DNA from: a virus
Reading direction: 5' to 3' (one strand)
Virus record (IMG/VR): IMGVR_UViG_3300045988_140928
Coordinates: 88,692 to 152,691 of that record
Length of the DNA stretch: 64,000 bases
The notes under the pieces are model-generated. The model did not search any database, was not told the DNA's origin, and was given only the letters and a program-made list of their open reading frames with translations. Position numbers and translations under genes: made by a program. Shown one piece after another: positions 1 to 7,563 of the stretch; position 1 is the stretch's first letter, and the number at the start of each line of letters is the position of its first letter.

Positions 1-435
1 ATCCTTATTATGATTAATTGAATATGCAAAAGCACCATAAGACTTATTAGGTTTATATCCTAACAAAGCAACATTACAAGTGATATTAGTAGGAATAGAT
101 TCTACTACCTTTAAAGGGGCGTAATTAATATGTTTTAAACTCTTTAATTTTTGAGGTTTATTTCTACGTTTATAGTTATGAATGAATATTCCAGCCTGTC
201 TTTTAGATCTGAACTTCCTAAAGACTGGATCAGGATAATTTAGAATTTCTTTTTCACATCTGTTCCAATTATTGTAAATCCCAGTATGCCACCCTTTAGC
301 AACTGCATAATAGTAACCATTATTAGAGCTATAATTATACCCATAATTATTTCTTTTCCTTCTTTTACGCTTTTTATTATTTTTGGACTTACTGCCGGAC
401 TTTCTGAAAAAGATCTCGTCAACATAATTTGTCAT
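1..435 (-). CDS. RNase H-like protein with N-terminal RNase H1/Cauli_VI hybrid-binding domain (5' part; continues past window edge)
   Basis: Not in the ORF track because there is no stop in the window. ATG at 435-433 with AAGGAG 8 nt upstream. The frame is open for 145 codons to position 1. The translation ...GYYYAVAKGWHTGIYNNWNRCEKEILNYPDPVFRKFRSKRQA fits the RNase H1 N-terminal domain signature (YaV.kG...GIY..W..c......p...yKkF....eA). Confidence 0.65.
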   Translation of the reverse strand, partial: MTNYVDEIFFRKSGSKSKNNKKRKRRKRNNYGYNYSSNNGYYYAVAKGWHTGIYNNWNRCEKEILNYPDPVFRKFRSKRQAGIFIHNYKRRNKPQKLKSLKHINYAPLKVVESIPTNITCNVALLGYKPNKSYGAFAYSINHNKD

Positions 436-469
436 TATTACCACTCCTTATTCAAATTATCCATATGAT

Positions 470-2333
470 AACTTCAAAAGTTGAAGAAGTAAATCACAAG
501 TTCAATTAATCGTCTCTTTTGACCTTTGTTAAATAATTCACAAGTACCTATAAAAATATAACTTATTATTTATTAGTAGTAAGCACTGAATCTATAACAT
601 TGAGCAATATCTTATTTGTATTAAGACTAACTTTAGATAAGTAACTCTCCGTGTAATTTTAAACAATCTATTAATCTGAGTTAAATTATAACTTATTGTT
701 ACTTTTTTACTGCTACTTAGATTATTCTTGGGGACGTACCTTTCCATCATAGGGAAAGGTAATTTCCCCAAACCCCTTTTGCCAAAGCTGTTAAATTCCA
801 AGGAATTTAATATTGTATATTTATTCTTAATTCTTATTTTTATACCTTAATTTTTTATTTCTTAAGTTAACATTATTTTTAATAATCTTAACTTAATTGA
901 TAAAGTAATAATAAGGAATATGTTTAAATAAGATAATCTAAAGTATTGATATTAAGTAAGACTAGTAATACCTTTCCAGAGGGAGTGAGAGAAGAATATT
1001 TATCCCTGTTGGTTTAGAGACAAATATAAGTTAAATATTGCAAGTATATAATAAGACTACTAGTAAGTATATACTAATAGCTTTAATATACAATTACAGA
1101 TAATCAACTTATGACGAAAAGGTAAACCTTTCCATCAGTCGGTCGGTCATCATTAATCAATTTATTGACTATAGCAAGTCAAGCTATAGTCATGCGCTAA
1201 GCTTTTTACATTCCTGTTGTCATCCCAAGAATGCTTTGTCAAACAATGTTACTTGTTTAACAGAGGTAATGAATAGCACTCCCACAACTTTAACCTCATA
1301 CACTGCTAGGTACCCTAAAGCACTGGGTATCAGGATTTTTCTATCTTTTCACATTGGTTTTTAATCTATGTATGAGTAGACTCGTTTTATTAATTGACAT
1401 TTACAACCGTGTGCTAACTACTACCATAAGGATGTGAATCTTTTAAATTCGAGCATCTGAACCTTATGCTTCATTCTCAAGTGTGTATGTAAATTTTAAT
1501 ACTGTTGACTAAAAAGCTTAGCTAAGAAATGACTTAACTAAGCTTTAAAGCACGAAATGATGTTCAATATCTCAATTAACAATTCTGCAATCTCAACAGA
1601 AGCTAACAAATCAACCTCCAGACCGTTGGGTCGTGGCGTCATCCCACTCCAACACTACACGGCGAATCTGTCGCCAGATCCTTTTCCAGACCAGATTAAT
1701 TTTGGTCCCCTCTTTGTAGCGAGTTCCCTCTGTGATATAAAGTGTGGTAAGGGCTACACCTAGTTGATAATTAACACCGGGATCTCACAACGACAATAGT
1801 GCTTATTGCCCCAGCTTGCCCCCTCTGCAAATCCACCTTCGTGAGGTTTCATCTTGTGGTGTCTTGTCTTATCGAGGACGGTTAGTAACATCTACTATAC
1901 ACCCCCGTGGAAAAGCTCTCCATGCCCTTTTCTCATTAGGCTGGCTTATGCTCCAATTTATATTTGTTTTTGGACTGATTTATTAGATCAATCAATAAAC
2001 CGCCCTTATATTCAATAAAGAAATTTCAAGCGGATTGCTACTTGACTATCTTGTCTGGGAAACTTGATAGTCAAGCAACAACAATTGTCTTCTTGTTTAA
2101 GCTGTCCTATTTCAGTCTAGGTGTATCCCGTTCCTATTTTAGGAAATAAGATTGAATCTTATTAAGACAAAGCTGTCATTTGCAGACAAATAGATTATAT
2201 CATACTTTTATCTACTAAAACCGTTTTGTAGTGAAAAAAAAATAAAAATTTCTTGCTATAAAATCAGCATTTGGGATTGAGTTTAGAGTTATAATTAAGT
2301 TATTAAATCTGAACAACGAAAAGGGAATAATTA
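470..2333. other. 1.9-kb ORF-free divergent intergenic block with many stable local hairpins and a G+C-richer core (about 1600-1960); candidate large structured ncRNA or decayed gene
   Basis: Only two >=60-aa ORFs (592..801, 1557..1763), neither with an SD. Hairpins at 730-769, 1167-1191, 1513-1546 and 2041-2075. ACCTTTCCA occurs 3 times (738, 970, 1126). Confidence 0.5.
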
Positions 2334-2594
2334 ATGTATCATGCAATTATCTTTCATACGCCTAATTGTATGAAGTGTAAATTAACGGAGAAACAACTGT
2401 CCCAGTTGATGCCAACAAAGATGATTTTAATTGATCGTTTGGCTGAAACTCGGATGGATATTATCAGTTACATGGAAAGTCACGGAATGGCTTCATCGCC
2501 TTTGGTTAGAATTTATCAAGGAAATAAGATGGTGGACGAATGGAATGACTTTCAAGTATCAAAAATTAAACAGTGGAAAGGCAGAGTTGGTTAA
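2334..2594 (+). CDS. nrdH: NrdH-like glutaredoxin (thioredoxin fold)
   Basis: 86 aa with an N-terminal CxxC (PNCMKC), later SSPLV and W.DFQ..KI. Size and layout resemble NrdH redoxins. Confidence 0.55.
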   Translation: MYHAIIFHTPNCMKCKLTEKQLSQLMPTKMILIDRLAETRMDIISYMESHGMASSPLVRIYQGNKMVDEWNDFQVSKIKQWKGRVG

Positions 2595-2944
2595 TCAAGA
2601 CTTATTATGTAAAACTGTATTACCTGTTCAAATACATTGGCTATTCTAATTATGAAATGGTCAACATGATTGAAAATTTAATCAGTAATCCTTATTCAGA
2701 CGTTTATAAGTTACGGGATCAGTTAGACGAGTTTGAATTAGTTAAATTTAGACAGCTTTCTGATGGTCCAGTCGCATATACCGTCTGTAAGGCACCAGAA
2801 TGCGCTGGGGGCCGTTTTAAGGAAATTCTAGTACCATTAGCCGAAACAGGCGTAAAACACAATGTAGATACCTCCCTGTTGAAATTACAGCTTGACACAA
2901 ATGTTCATGTAGCTGAGAATCGAATGTTGTTACTCCTGAAATAA
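2573..2944 (+). CDS. hypothetical protein (start uncertain)
   Basis: ORF track. The GTG at 2573 overlaps the upstream gene and has no SD. An in-frame ATG at 2657 is an alternative start. Confidence 0.55.
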   Translation: MERQSWLIKTYYVKLYYLFKYIGYSNYEMVNMIENLISNPYSDVYKLRDQLDEFELVKFRQLSDGPVAYTVCKAPECAGGRFKEILVPLAETGVKHNVDTSLLKLQLDTNVHVAENRMLLLLK

Positions 2945-2953
2945 GGTGATAAG

Positions 2954-3289
2954 ATGGAATTTGAGGTTATTTCTCCACACCCATTAGTTGATAATCTAAA
3001 GGGCGAATTGTTAAAAATGGAGAAGCAAGTAAAGGAAATTCTTAAAGATCCTAACTTCGATGGTTTGTATTTTACTGATGGTTACCAAGGTGAAATTTTA
3101 GTTAATGCTATGCACAAGAGAATCATTGGCAAGAAGTTAACTGGCTATTTTGCTATGAAACCAGATCTTTCTAATAGAGATCGGGTAATTGGTAGCATTG
3201 TTAGCGCTTGGCGACAACAAGCTACAGATCAAGGAGTTATGTATTTTAATCATTTTCTTAAACAAATGTATGACGAGGACGTGGAATAA
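2954..3289 (+). CDS. hypothetical protein
   Basis: ORF track. GGTGATAAG precedes the ATG, and the gene is tightly packed in an operon. Confidence 0.7.
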   Translation: MEFEVISPHPLVDNLKGELLKMEKQVKEILKDPNFDGLYFTDGYQGEILVNAMHKRIIGKKLTGYFAMKPDLSNRDRVIGSIVSAWRQQATDQGVMYFNHFLKQMYDEDVE

Positions 3290-3315
3290 TCGAAAAGACG
3301 CTTTACCAACATGTA

Positions 3316-3795
3316 TTGGATTTGTTGGATAAACGAAATGTTCCTGTAGAGTCTTTAGGTGGGCTTGTATATGCAGGACAAAAAGAACATAATCCAGATA
3401 TTAAATTAGACGAATGTATTGACGCTGTTTATCATGTATTACATAAGCGTGAAATCCAAAATATCCTGCTTTTAGGTATTAACGTTGATATGTGGGTTGA
3501 TCGAGGGGTTGAAGATCGGTATCTTGCTGAGATTCTTAAACATGATGAAGGACAGTTTCAGTGTGATGAAACGCTTTCTCATGGTTGTGTTGAAATCTTT
3601 GGTGGGATTGGCATTTCAAATCTAGGCTATTTAGATCATGTAAAGCCCGGAATTATTGGTAAGGTAGACGCACGTAAAAATAGCTGTAATGTGTTTTTAG
3701 ACGACATCTTAGCTGGAATTGTTGCGTCTGCTGAAGCCTATGTTGCTAATAAGCATCCTATGGGTGTCTACCAAGAATTCGAGGAGGAAAGGTAA
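3316..3795 (+). CDS. PgpA/YutG-family phosphatidylglycerophosphatase A-like protein
   Basis: LLDKRNV...NPD..LDECIDAVYHVLHKREIQN...GIGISNLGYLDHVKPGIIGK...FLDDILAGIVASA closely follows the Firmicute YutG/PgpA pattern as recalled. TTG start. Confidence 0.65.
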   Translation: MDLLDKRNVPVESLGGLVYAGQKEHNPDIKLDECIDAVYHVLHKREIQNILLLGINVDMWVDRGVEDRYLAEILKHDEGQFQCDETLSHGCVEIFGGIGISNLGYLDHVKPGIIGKVDARKNSCNVFLDDILAGIVASAEAYVANKHPMGVYQEFEEER

Positions 3796-3796
3796 T

Positions 3797-3937
3797 ATGG
3801 TTGGAATGAAAGCACAAGTTAAACATCAATTACGTTCTAAGGGTATTAGAACAATTACAACTGATACTGGTAAGGTTCTTAAGCTTCAACAAGCTAAGAC
3901 ATCTGAATTAATTAAAGTAGCAAGTAAGTTAGCTTAG
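3797..3937 (+). CDS. small basic hypothetical protein (46 aa)
   Basis: ATG at 3797 preceded by GAGGAGGAAAGG. The track ORF 3719..3937 is an N-terminal over-extension into the upstream gene. Confidence 0.6.
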   Translation: MVGMKAQVKHQLRSKGIRTITTDTGKVLKLQQAKTSELIKVASKLA

Positions 3938-3948
3938 GAGGAAAAGTA

Positions 3949-4491
3949 ATGGAAAGTTTAGTTAGTTTATATTTTGCTGAATATCAAGATCAGGAAGTTA
4001 AGTTTCATACTAAACGGTTAGTTCAATTAATGGCCCAACGATTTTATTTTAGTGTTTTGCATAGTAAGCAGGAAGACGTAAAACCTGTGTTCGAACGTTT
4101 TATTAATAAAAATACTAAGACTGGTTATGTTCGTTTAACATATTCTAAGAATAGGGTAAGGTGTGCATATTCAGATAAGGGTTATCTCGACTACTCCATT
4201 AAGGACGTGATGTTAGGTCTATTAGATAACTTCAACTTAAGATCTAATGTTCTTGACGTTACTACAGAAGACTTTCAAAAGTGGTTCTTAGGAGAACTTA
4301 AGTCTCTTGTTGATCAAGAAGAAGGAGTTACTTTAGTTGCAGAAGAATCTGTGGTTCAAAGTCCGTACGATAGTAACGATAAGGAAAACTATATAGTTCA
4401 ATTAACCTTGGACGTAGATTTGCCTCGCTTGGAAGTAGAAAAAGACACAGAAGGAGCAGAAGAAAAAGATGGTAACAAGACGGTTGAATAG
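3949..4491 (+). CDS. hypothetical protein with acidic C-terminus
   Basis: ORF track. AGGAGGAAAAG upstream of the ATG. Confidence 0.75.
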   Translation: MESLVSLYFAEYQDQEVKFHTKRLVQLMAQRFYFSVLHSKQEDVKPVFERFINKNTKTGYVRLTYSKNRVRCAYSDKGYLDYSIKDVMLGLLDNFNLRSNVLDVTTEDFQKWFLGELKSLVDQEEGVTLVAEESVVQSPYDSNDKENYIVQLTLDVDLPRLEVEKDTEGAEEKDGNKTVE

Positions 4492-4990
4492 CGATCGTCA
4501 ACGTGTTTATCAAGTTCTCTATGATATTGGAGTTAAATATCCCGGTATGTTAGTAATTAACTGCCGGGATATTTCTGATAAGCAGTTGGAACGATTAGAA
4601 AAGCAGAATAAAATTTATCGTAACGATCGAAGAACAGAGCTTGACTTTGGTTTTACTGAGCACACTTACCGGTTTGCTGGGATTACAGACCAGTACTTAA
4701 TGATTGATGATCTAGTTAGTCAAATGATTGTGATGTCACTAGAGACAGTGCAAAAGGGGATTAGTGTTAAAGACTATCAAGCTCATCCAGATTTGCTTAA
4801 AGCAGTAGACCAGACTAAGTGTTATCTACCAGAAGGGTTTATTCCTACTACAGAAATCAATAAAATGTTTGCTACTGGTGGTAAGATGTGTTTTTATAAT
4901 AAAAAACTTACAAATATTGGTCGTTTAGGTAGCATATTGCATGCTGGCGATTTTAATTTAAATAGTAATAATTTAGAAGAGTTAAAATAG
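4469..4990 (+). CDS. hypothetical protein
   Basis: ORF track. Overlaps the upstream stop region. Confidence 0.65.
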   Translation: MVTRRLNSDRQRVYQVLYDIGVKYPGMLVINCRDISDKQLERLEKQNKIYRNDRRTELDFGFTEHTYRFAGITDQYLMIDDLVSQMIVMSLETVQKGISVKDYQAHPDLLKAVDQTKCYLPEGFIPTTEINKMFATGGKMCFYNKKLTNIGRLGSILHAGDFNLNSNNLEELK

Positions 4991-5010
4991 ACTCTTCTTT
5001 TTTAATTCTT

Positions 5011-6370
5011 CCTTGACTTCTTCTGAACTTTGAAGCTATACTTCGTTTATAGATGAAAAGAGGTGAAATAAATGCTAAAGGGAGTAAAATTACGTTTATA
5101 TCCTAATGCTAAACAATGTGATCAACTGTTACAGATGTTTGGTAACAGTCGTTTTATCTGGAACATTATGTTAAACATGGCTAATGAACGTTATAAGAAT
5201 AATCCTAGTTCTTCTTTTGTTGGTGAATATGATATGAATTATCTACTAAAGCGACTAAAAATTGAGTACCCCTTTTTGAAAGAAAGTGAGGCTAGAAGTT
5301 TACAAATATCTAATCATTACTTAAACCAATCCTTTAAGATGTTATTTAAACACCAAGGTGGCTATCCTAGGTTTAAAAGTCGTAAAGCTACTAAACAATC
5401 TTATACTGGTGATGGTAGTCGTGGCGGTTGTCATATTATAGCTAAACGTTATATGAGACTACCTAAACTAGGCTCAATTAAAACTAGTAAAACAGGTAGG
5501 TTAGAAGGATTAAAGATTAAAAGATATACAGTTACCTTAGATCCTACTGGTAGGTATTACTTGTCTTTAATTGTAGATGATCCTAATATCCAGCTACTAG
5601 AAAAGACTGGAGCAGTAGTAGGAATAGATATGGGAGTAGCAGACTTAGCTATTACTAGTGATGGTTATAAATACCCTAAGTTTGAAGCTAATTGGTATGA
5701 ACAACAAGCTAATAAAGCTCAATCACGCTTTTCTAAGCGTAGACATAGAGCTTTAGTTGGGGTAAGACAATGGAACCATAATCATAAAGATATTAAGATG
5801 GAATTAGAAGATTATTCTAATTGGCAAAAAGCTAGGATTTCTAAGTCTCGTTATCAAGCTAAGATAGCTAATAAGCGTAAGGATTACTTACATAAGATAA
5901 CAACTGAATTAGTAAAGAGCTATGATGTGATTGTAATAGAAGATTTGAAAACCAAGAATCTTCTTAAAAATCATCATCTAGCTAAATCAATTTCTAATAA
6001 TAGTTGGTACTTATTTAGAGAAATGTTGGAGTATAAGTGTGAATGGTATGGTAAGAAACTTATTAAAGTAAGTCCAAACTATACTTCACAAATATGTTCT
6101 AATTGTGGTTATCATTCAGGCAAGAAACCATTAAATGTACGTGAATGGACTTGTCCTAAGTGTAATACATATCATGATCGAGATATTAATGCTTCAATTA
6201 ACATTCTAAATAGGGGATTAAAGGAATTAAATATAAATTGACATTATTGTTAAATAGTGCCATAATATATTTATGGTTAAGATCTAGCCACGGTAAGATA
6301 GTCTAGTTCTGTAAGTTAGGTATAGTGAATACACTTGTAATATCCTAAATACTACTAGATGTTCCCAGAA
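5011..6370 (+). mobile_element. IS200/IS605-family TnpB-only element, copy 1 (no tnpA)
   Basis: Boundaries were inferred by comparison with copy 2. Similarity starts near CCTTGAC (5011) and stops abruptly after GTTCCCAGAA (6361-6370). Confidence 0.6.
5072..6241 (+). CDS. tnpB: TnpB (IS605 OrfB-type RNA-guided nuclease)
   Basis: 389 aa. RuvC-I VGIDMGV, RuvC-II VIVIEDL, zinc ribbon CSNCG...CPKC and RuvC-III HDRDINASINI are present. About 85% identical to the 55317..56501 copy by eye. Confidence 0.9.
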   Translation: MLKGVKLRLYPNAKQCDQLLQMFGNSRFIWNIMLNMANERYKNNPSSSFVGEYDMNYLLKRLKIEYPFLKESEARSLQISNHYLNQSFKMLFKHQGGYPRFKSRKATKQSYTGDGSRGGCHIIAKRYMRLPKLGSIKTSKTGRLEGLKIKRYTVTLDPTGRYYLSLIVDDPNIQLLEKTGAVVGIDMGVADLAITSDGYKYPKFEANWYEQQANKAQSRFSKRRHRALVGVRQWNHNHKDIKMELEDYSNWQKARISKSRYQAKIANKRKDYLHKITTELVKSYDVIVIEDLKTKNLLKNHHLAKSISNNSWYLFREMLEYKCEWYGKKLIKVSPNYTSQICSNCGYHSGKKPLNVREWTCPKCNTYHDRDINASINILNRGLKELNIN

Positions 6371-6390
6371 ACCGCTAATTTTTAATTAGT
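6284..6390 (+). ncRNA. putative TnpB omega-RNA (reRNA) 3' scaffold plus guide, copy 1
   Basis: The 87 nt at 6284-6370 are about 90% identical to the region 3' of copy 2 (55234-55320, minus strand). Identity ends at GTTCCCAGAA, and the following sequence (ACCGCTAATTTTTAAT...) is unique, as expected for a guide. The 5' limit is unknown and probably lies inside the ORF. Confidence 0.55.
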
Positions 6391-6401
6391 GTGTAGATCG
6401 A

Positions 6402-6467
6402 GGTCTAATTGGCTATGACGCACGGTTGTCTCCCGTGAGATTGAGAGTTCGAGTCTCTCTAGGACCG
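6402..6467 (+). tRNA. tRNA-Asp(GTC)-like element with truncated D arm (possible pseudo-tRNA)
   Basis: Acceptor GGTCTAA/TAGGACC (one A-A mismatch, one G-U). Anticodon stem CACGG/CCGTG with loop TTGTCTC. Variable loop AGATT. T arm GAGAG-TTCGAGT-CTCTC and discriminator G. Only 12 nt lie where the 8-26 region should be (about 18 expected). Position 37 is T. Total length 66 nt. Confidence 0.45.
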
Positions 6468-6619
6468 TACCCCGTGTTCATTAGGGCGCTTTACTTTCGT
6501 CTTCGGACTCCTTCTAGTTGCAGATCTAGTAGGTAAAAAGGTATGCACAAAAAGAAACGATTCTGCATGAGTGTTATATCCGTGAGTAAAGTATTAGGGT
6601 GCAAGTCCCTACGGGGTGG
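6468..6619 (+). ncRNA. tRNA-like domain (acceptor + T arm) closed around a ~120-nt insert; tmRNA-like topology
   Basis: 5' TACCCCG (6468-6474) pairs with CGGGGTG (6612-6618), which lies directly after the T arm TAGGG-TGCAAGT-CCCTA (6595-6611). A second closing helix is CTTTACT (6489-6495)/AGTAAAG (6585-6591). Internal hairpins include a UUCG loop. Confidence 0.35.
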
Positions 6620-6675
6620 TAGGAGTGTATCCTCCGTCCTACCATTATGGTATATGTAAACAAGAACCGTGTTTA

Positions 6676-6712
6676 GGCTTTTATTACGAGAATTAAAAGC
6701 CCTTTTCTTTTC
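6676..6712 (+). terminator. intrinsic terminator
   Basis: GGCTTTTA (6676-6683)/TAAAAGCC (6694-6701) followed by CTTTTCTTTTC. Confidence 0.65.
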
Positions 6713-6827
6713 AGTTCTTGAAGTAAGAACGAGATAGGGGTTAGTTAACTGTTACTCACCCTATCTAAAATAATAACGAGTATAAATGCAATTGCTGGAA
6801 TATACTGTGAATGTTCTAAGCAGTGTA

Positions 6828-6886
6828 AGGGTAGTAGTTCAATGGTAGATCATGCAAGGACGGGGGTTCGATTCCTTCCTACCCTA
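6828..6886 (+). tRNA. tRNA-like element lacking an anticodon arm (59 nt)
   Basis: Acceptor AGGGTAG/CTACCCT is a perfect 7 bp. D region is TA-GTTC-AATGGTA-GATC. T arm is GGGGG-TTCGATT-CCTTC, discriminator A. Only 10 nt (ATGCAAGGAC) lie between the D and T arms. Confidence 0.4.
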
Positions 6887-6920
6887 TTTCTTTATTACGT
6901 ATTTAGTTCTCCTTTAACTA

Positions 6921-6929
6921 TGGTATAAT
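6921..6929 (+). promoter_or_regulatory. extended -10 promoter element (TGGTATAAT)
   Basis: TGnTATAAT lies 38 nt upstream of the 6967 start. Confidence 0.45.
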
Positions 6930-6966
6930 TAATACATATCAAAGTTAGAGGAGTTTTTATTTTGTA

Positions 6967-7548
6967 TTGAAGATGTCTAAAAAGTTAAAAATAATTATAA
7001 GTGTCGTTATATTTATAATTTTTGCCTTATCCTTTGTTATTCCGGTCCATAATAAGGTTATTTATAAGTCTACTGTTCAAGTAGATCAACCTTATCCTCG
7101 TACTATTAGTAGCGCTACGGTTACTTTAGACTATAAAGGGCCTCAAGAGGATTGGGACACTGATAATATTAACTACGGTAAAATTAAAAATTGGTCTGTG
7201 TACTTCTTTCCAGATGATACGGATGACGATACTGGTAAGGCTCAAGATTTACGACTCAATAAACATATTTTAGAGGATCGTAAGCCTTTATTACCTATCT
7301 ACGAGTATTATCCATATACTAAGCATACTTATGAAGTAATTAAGAAACAGCATAAAACATTGTGGGGCTATACTTGGTATACGAGAACTAATACTAATCA
7401 TAATACATCTAAGATTGTAAAGAGTTATGATGATTACTTGGAGATTGATGTAATGGTTGACGGTAGCTATAAAGGTAAGGATTGGAGTAATATGTATATA
7501 TTCAGACCTAATGGAAAAGACCAATACGTTTTAGATCAGAACTATTAA
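6967..7548 (+). CDS. membrane-anchored/secreted hypothetical protein (paralog of 26175..26768)
   Basis: N-terminal TM helix. Shares ATV.LDY.G...W, HTKH(T/S)Y and H(N/D)TSKIV(K/Q)S with 26175..26768. TTG start 13 nt after GAGGAG. Confidence 0.75.
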   Translation: MKMSKKLKIIISVVIFIIFALSFVIPVHNKVIYKSTVQVDQPYPRTISSATVTLDYKGPQEDWDTDNINYGKIKNWSVYFFPDDTDDDTGKAQDLRLNKHILEDRKPLLPIYEYYPYTKHTYEVIKKQHKTLWGYTWYTRTNTNHNTSKIVKSYDDYLEIDVMVDGSYKGKDWSNMYIFRPNGKDQYVLDQNY

Positions 7549-7563
7549 AGGAGTTTTTATTTT

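Noticed and set aside
240-468. Track ORFs 240..425 (-) and 286..468 (+)
   Set aside because: Both lie inside or opposite the better-supported RNase H-like frame (435 down to 1), which has an SD and a recognisable domain. These two ORFs are low-complexity and hydrophobic and have no SD.
592-1763. Track ORFs 592..801 (-) and 1557..1763 (+) in the ORF-free block
   Set aside because: They have no SD, odd composition and no neighbouring operon context. They were treated as chance frames within a non-coding or decayed region.
2431-2649. Track ORF 2431..2649 (+)
   Set aside because: It lies out of frame inside the NrdH-like gene, and its Trp/Leu-rich product looks like a shadow frame.
3719-3937. 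72-aa version of the small gene
   Set aside because: The N-terminal 26 codons overlap the PgpA-like gene. A strong SD precedes the internal ATG at 3797.
5011-6370. Complete IS605 (tnpA + tnpB)
   Set aside because: No Y1 HUH transposase ORF flanks either TnpB copy, so both elements are TnpB-only.
6402-6886. Ordinary phage tRNA gene cluster
   Set aside because: None of the three modules can be folded by hand into a complete cloverleaf. They are reported as tRNA-like and need tRNAscan-SE or ARAGORN confirmation.
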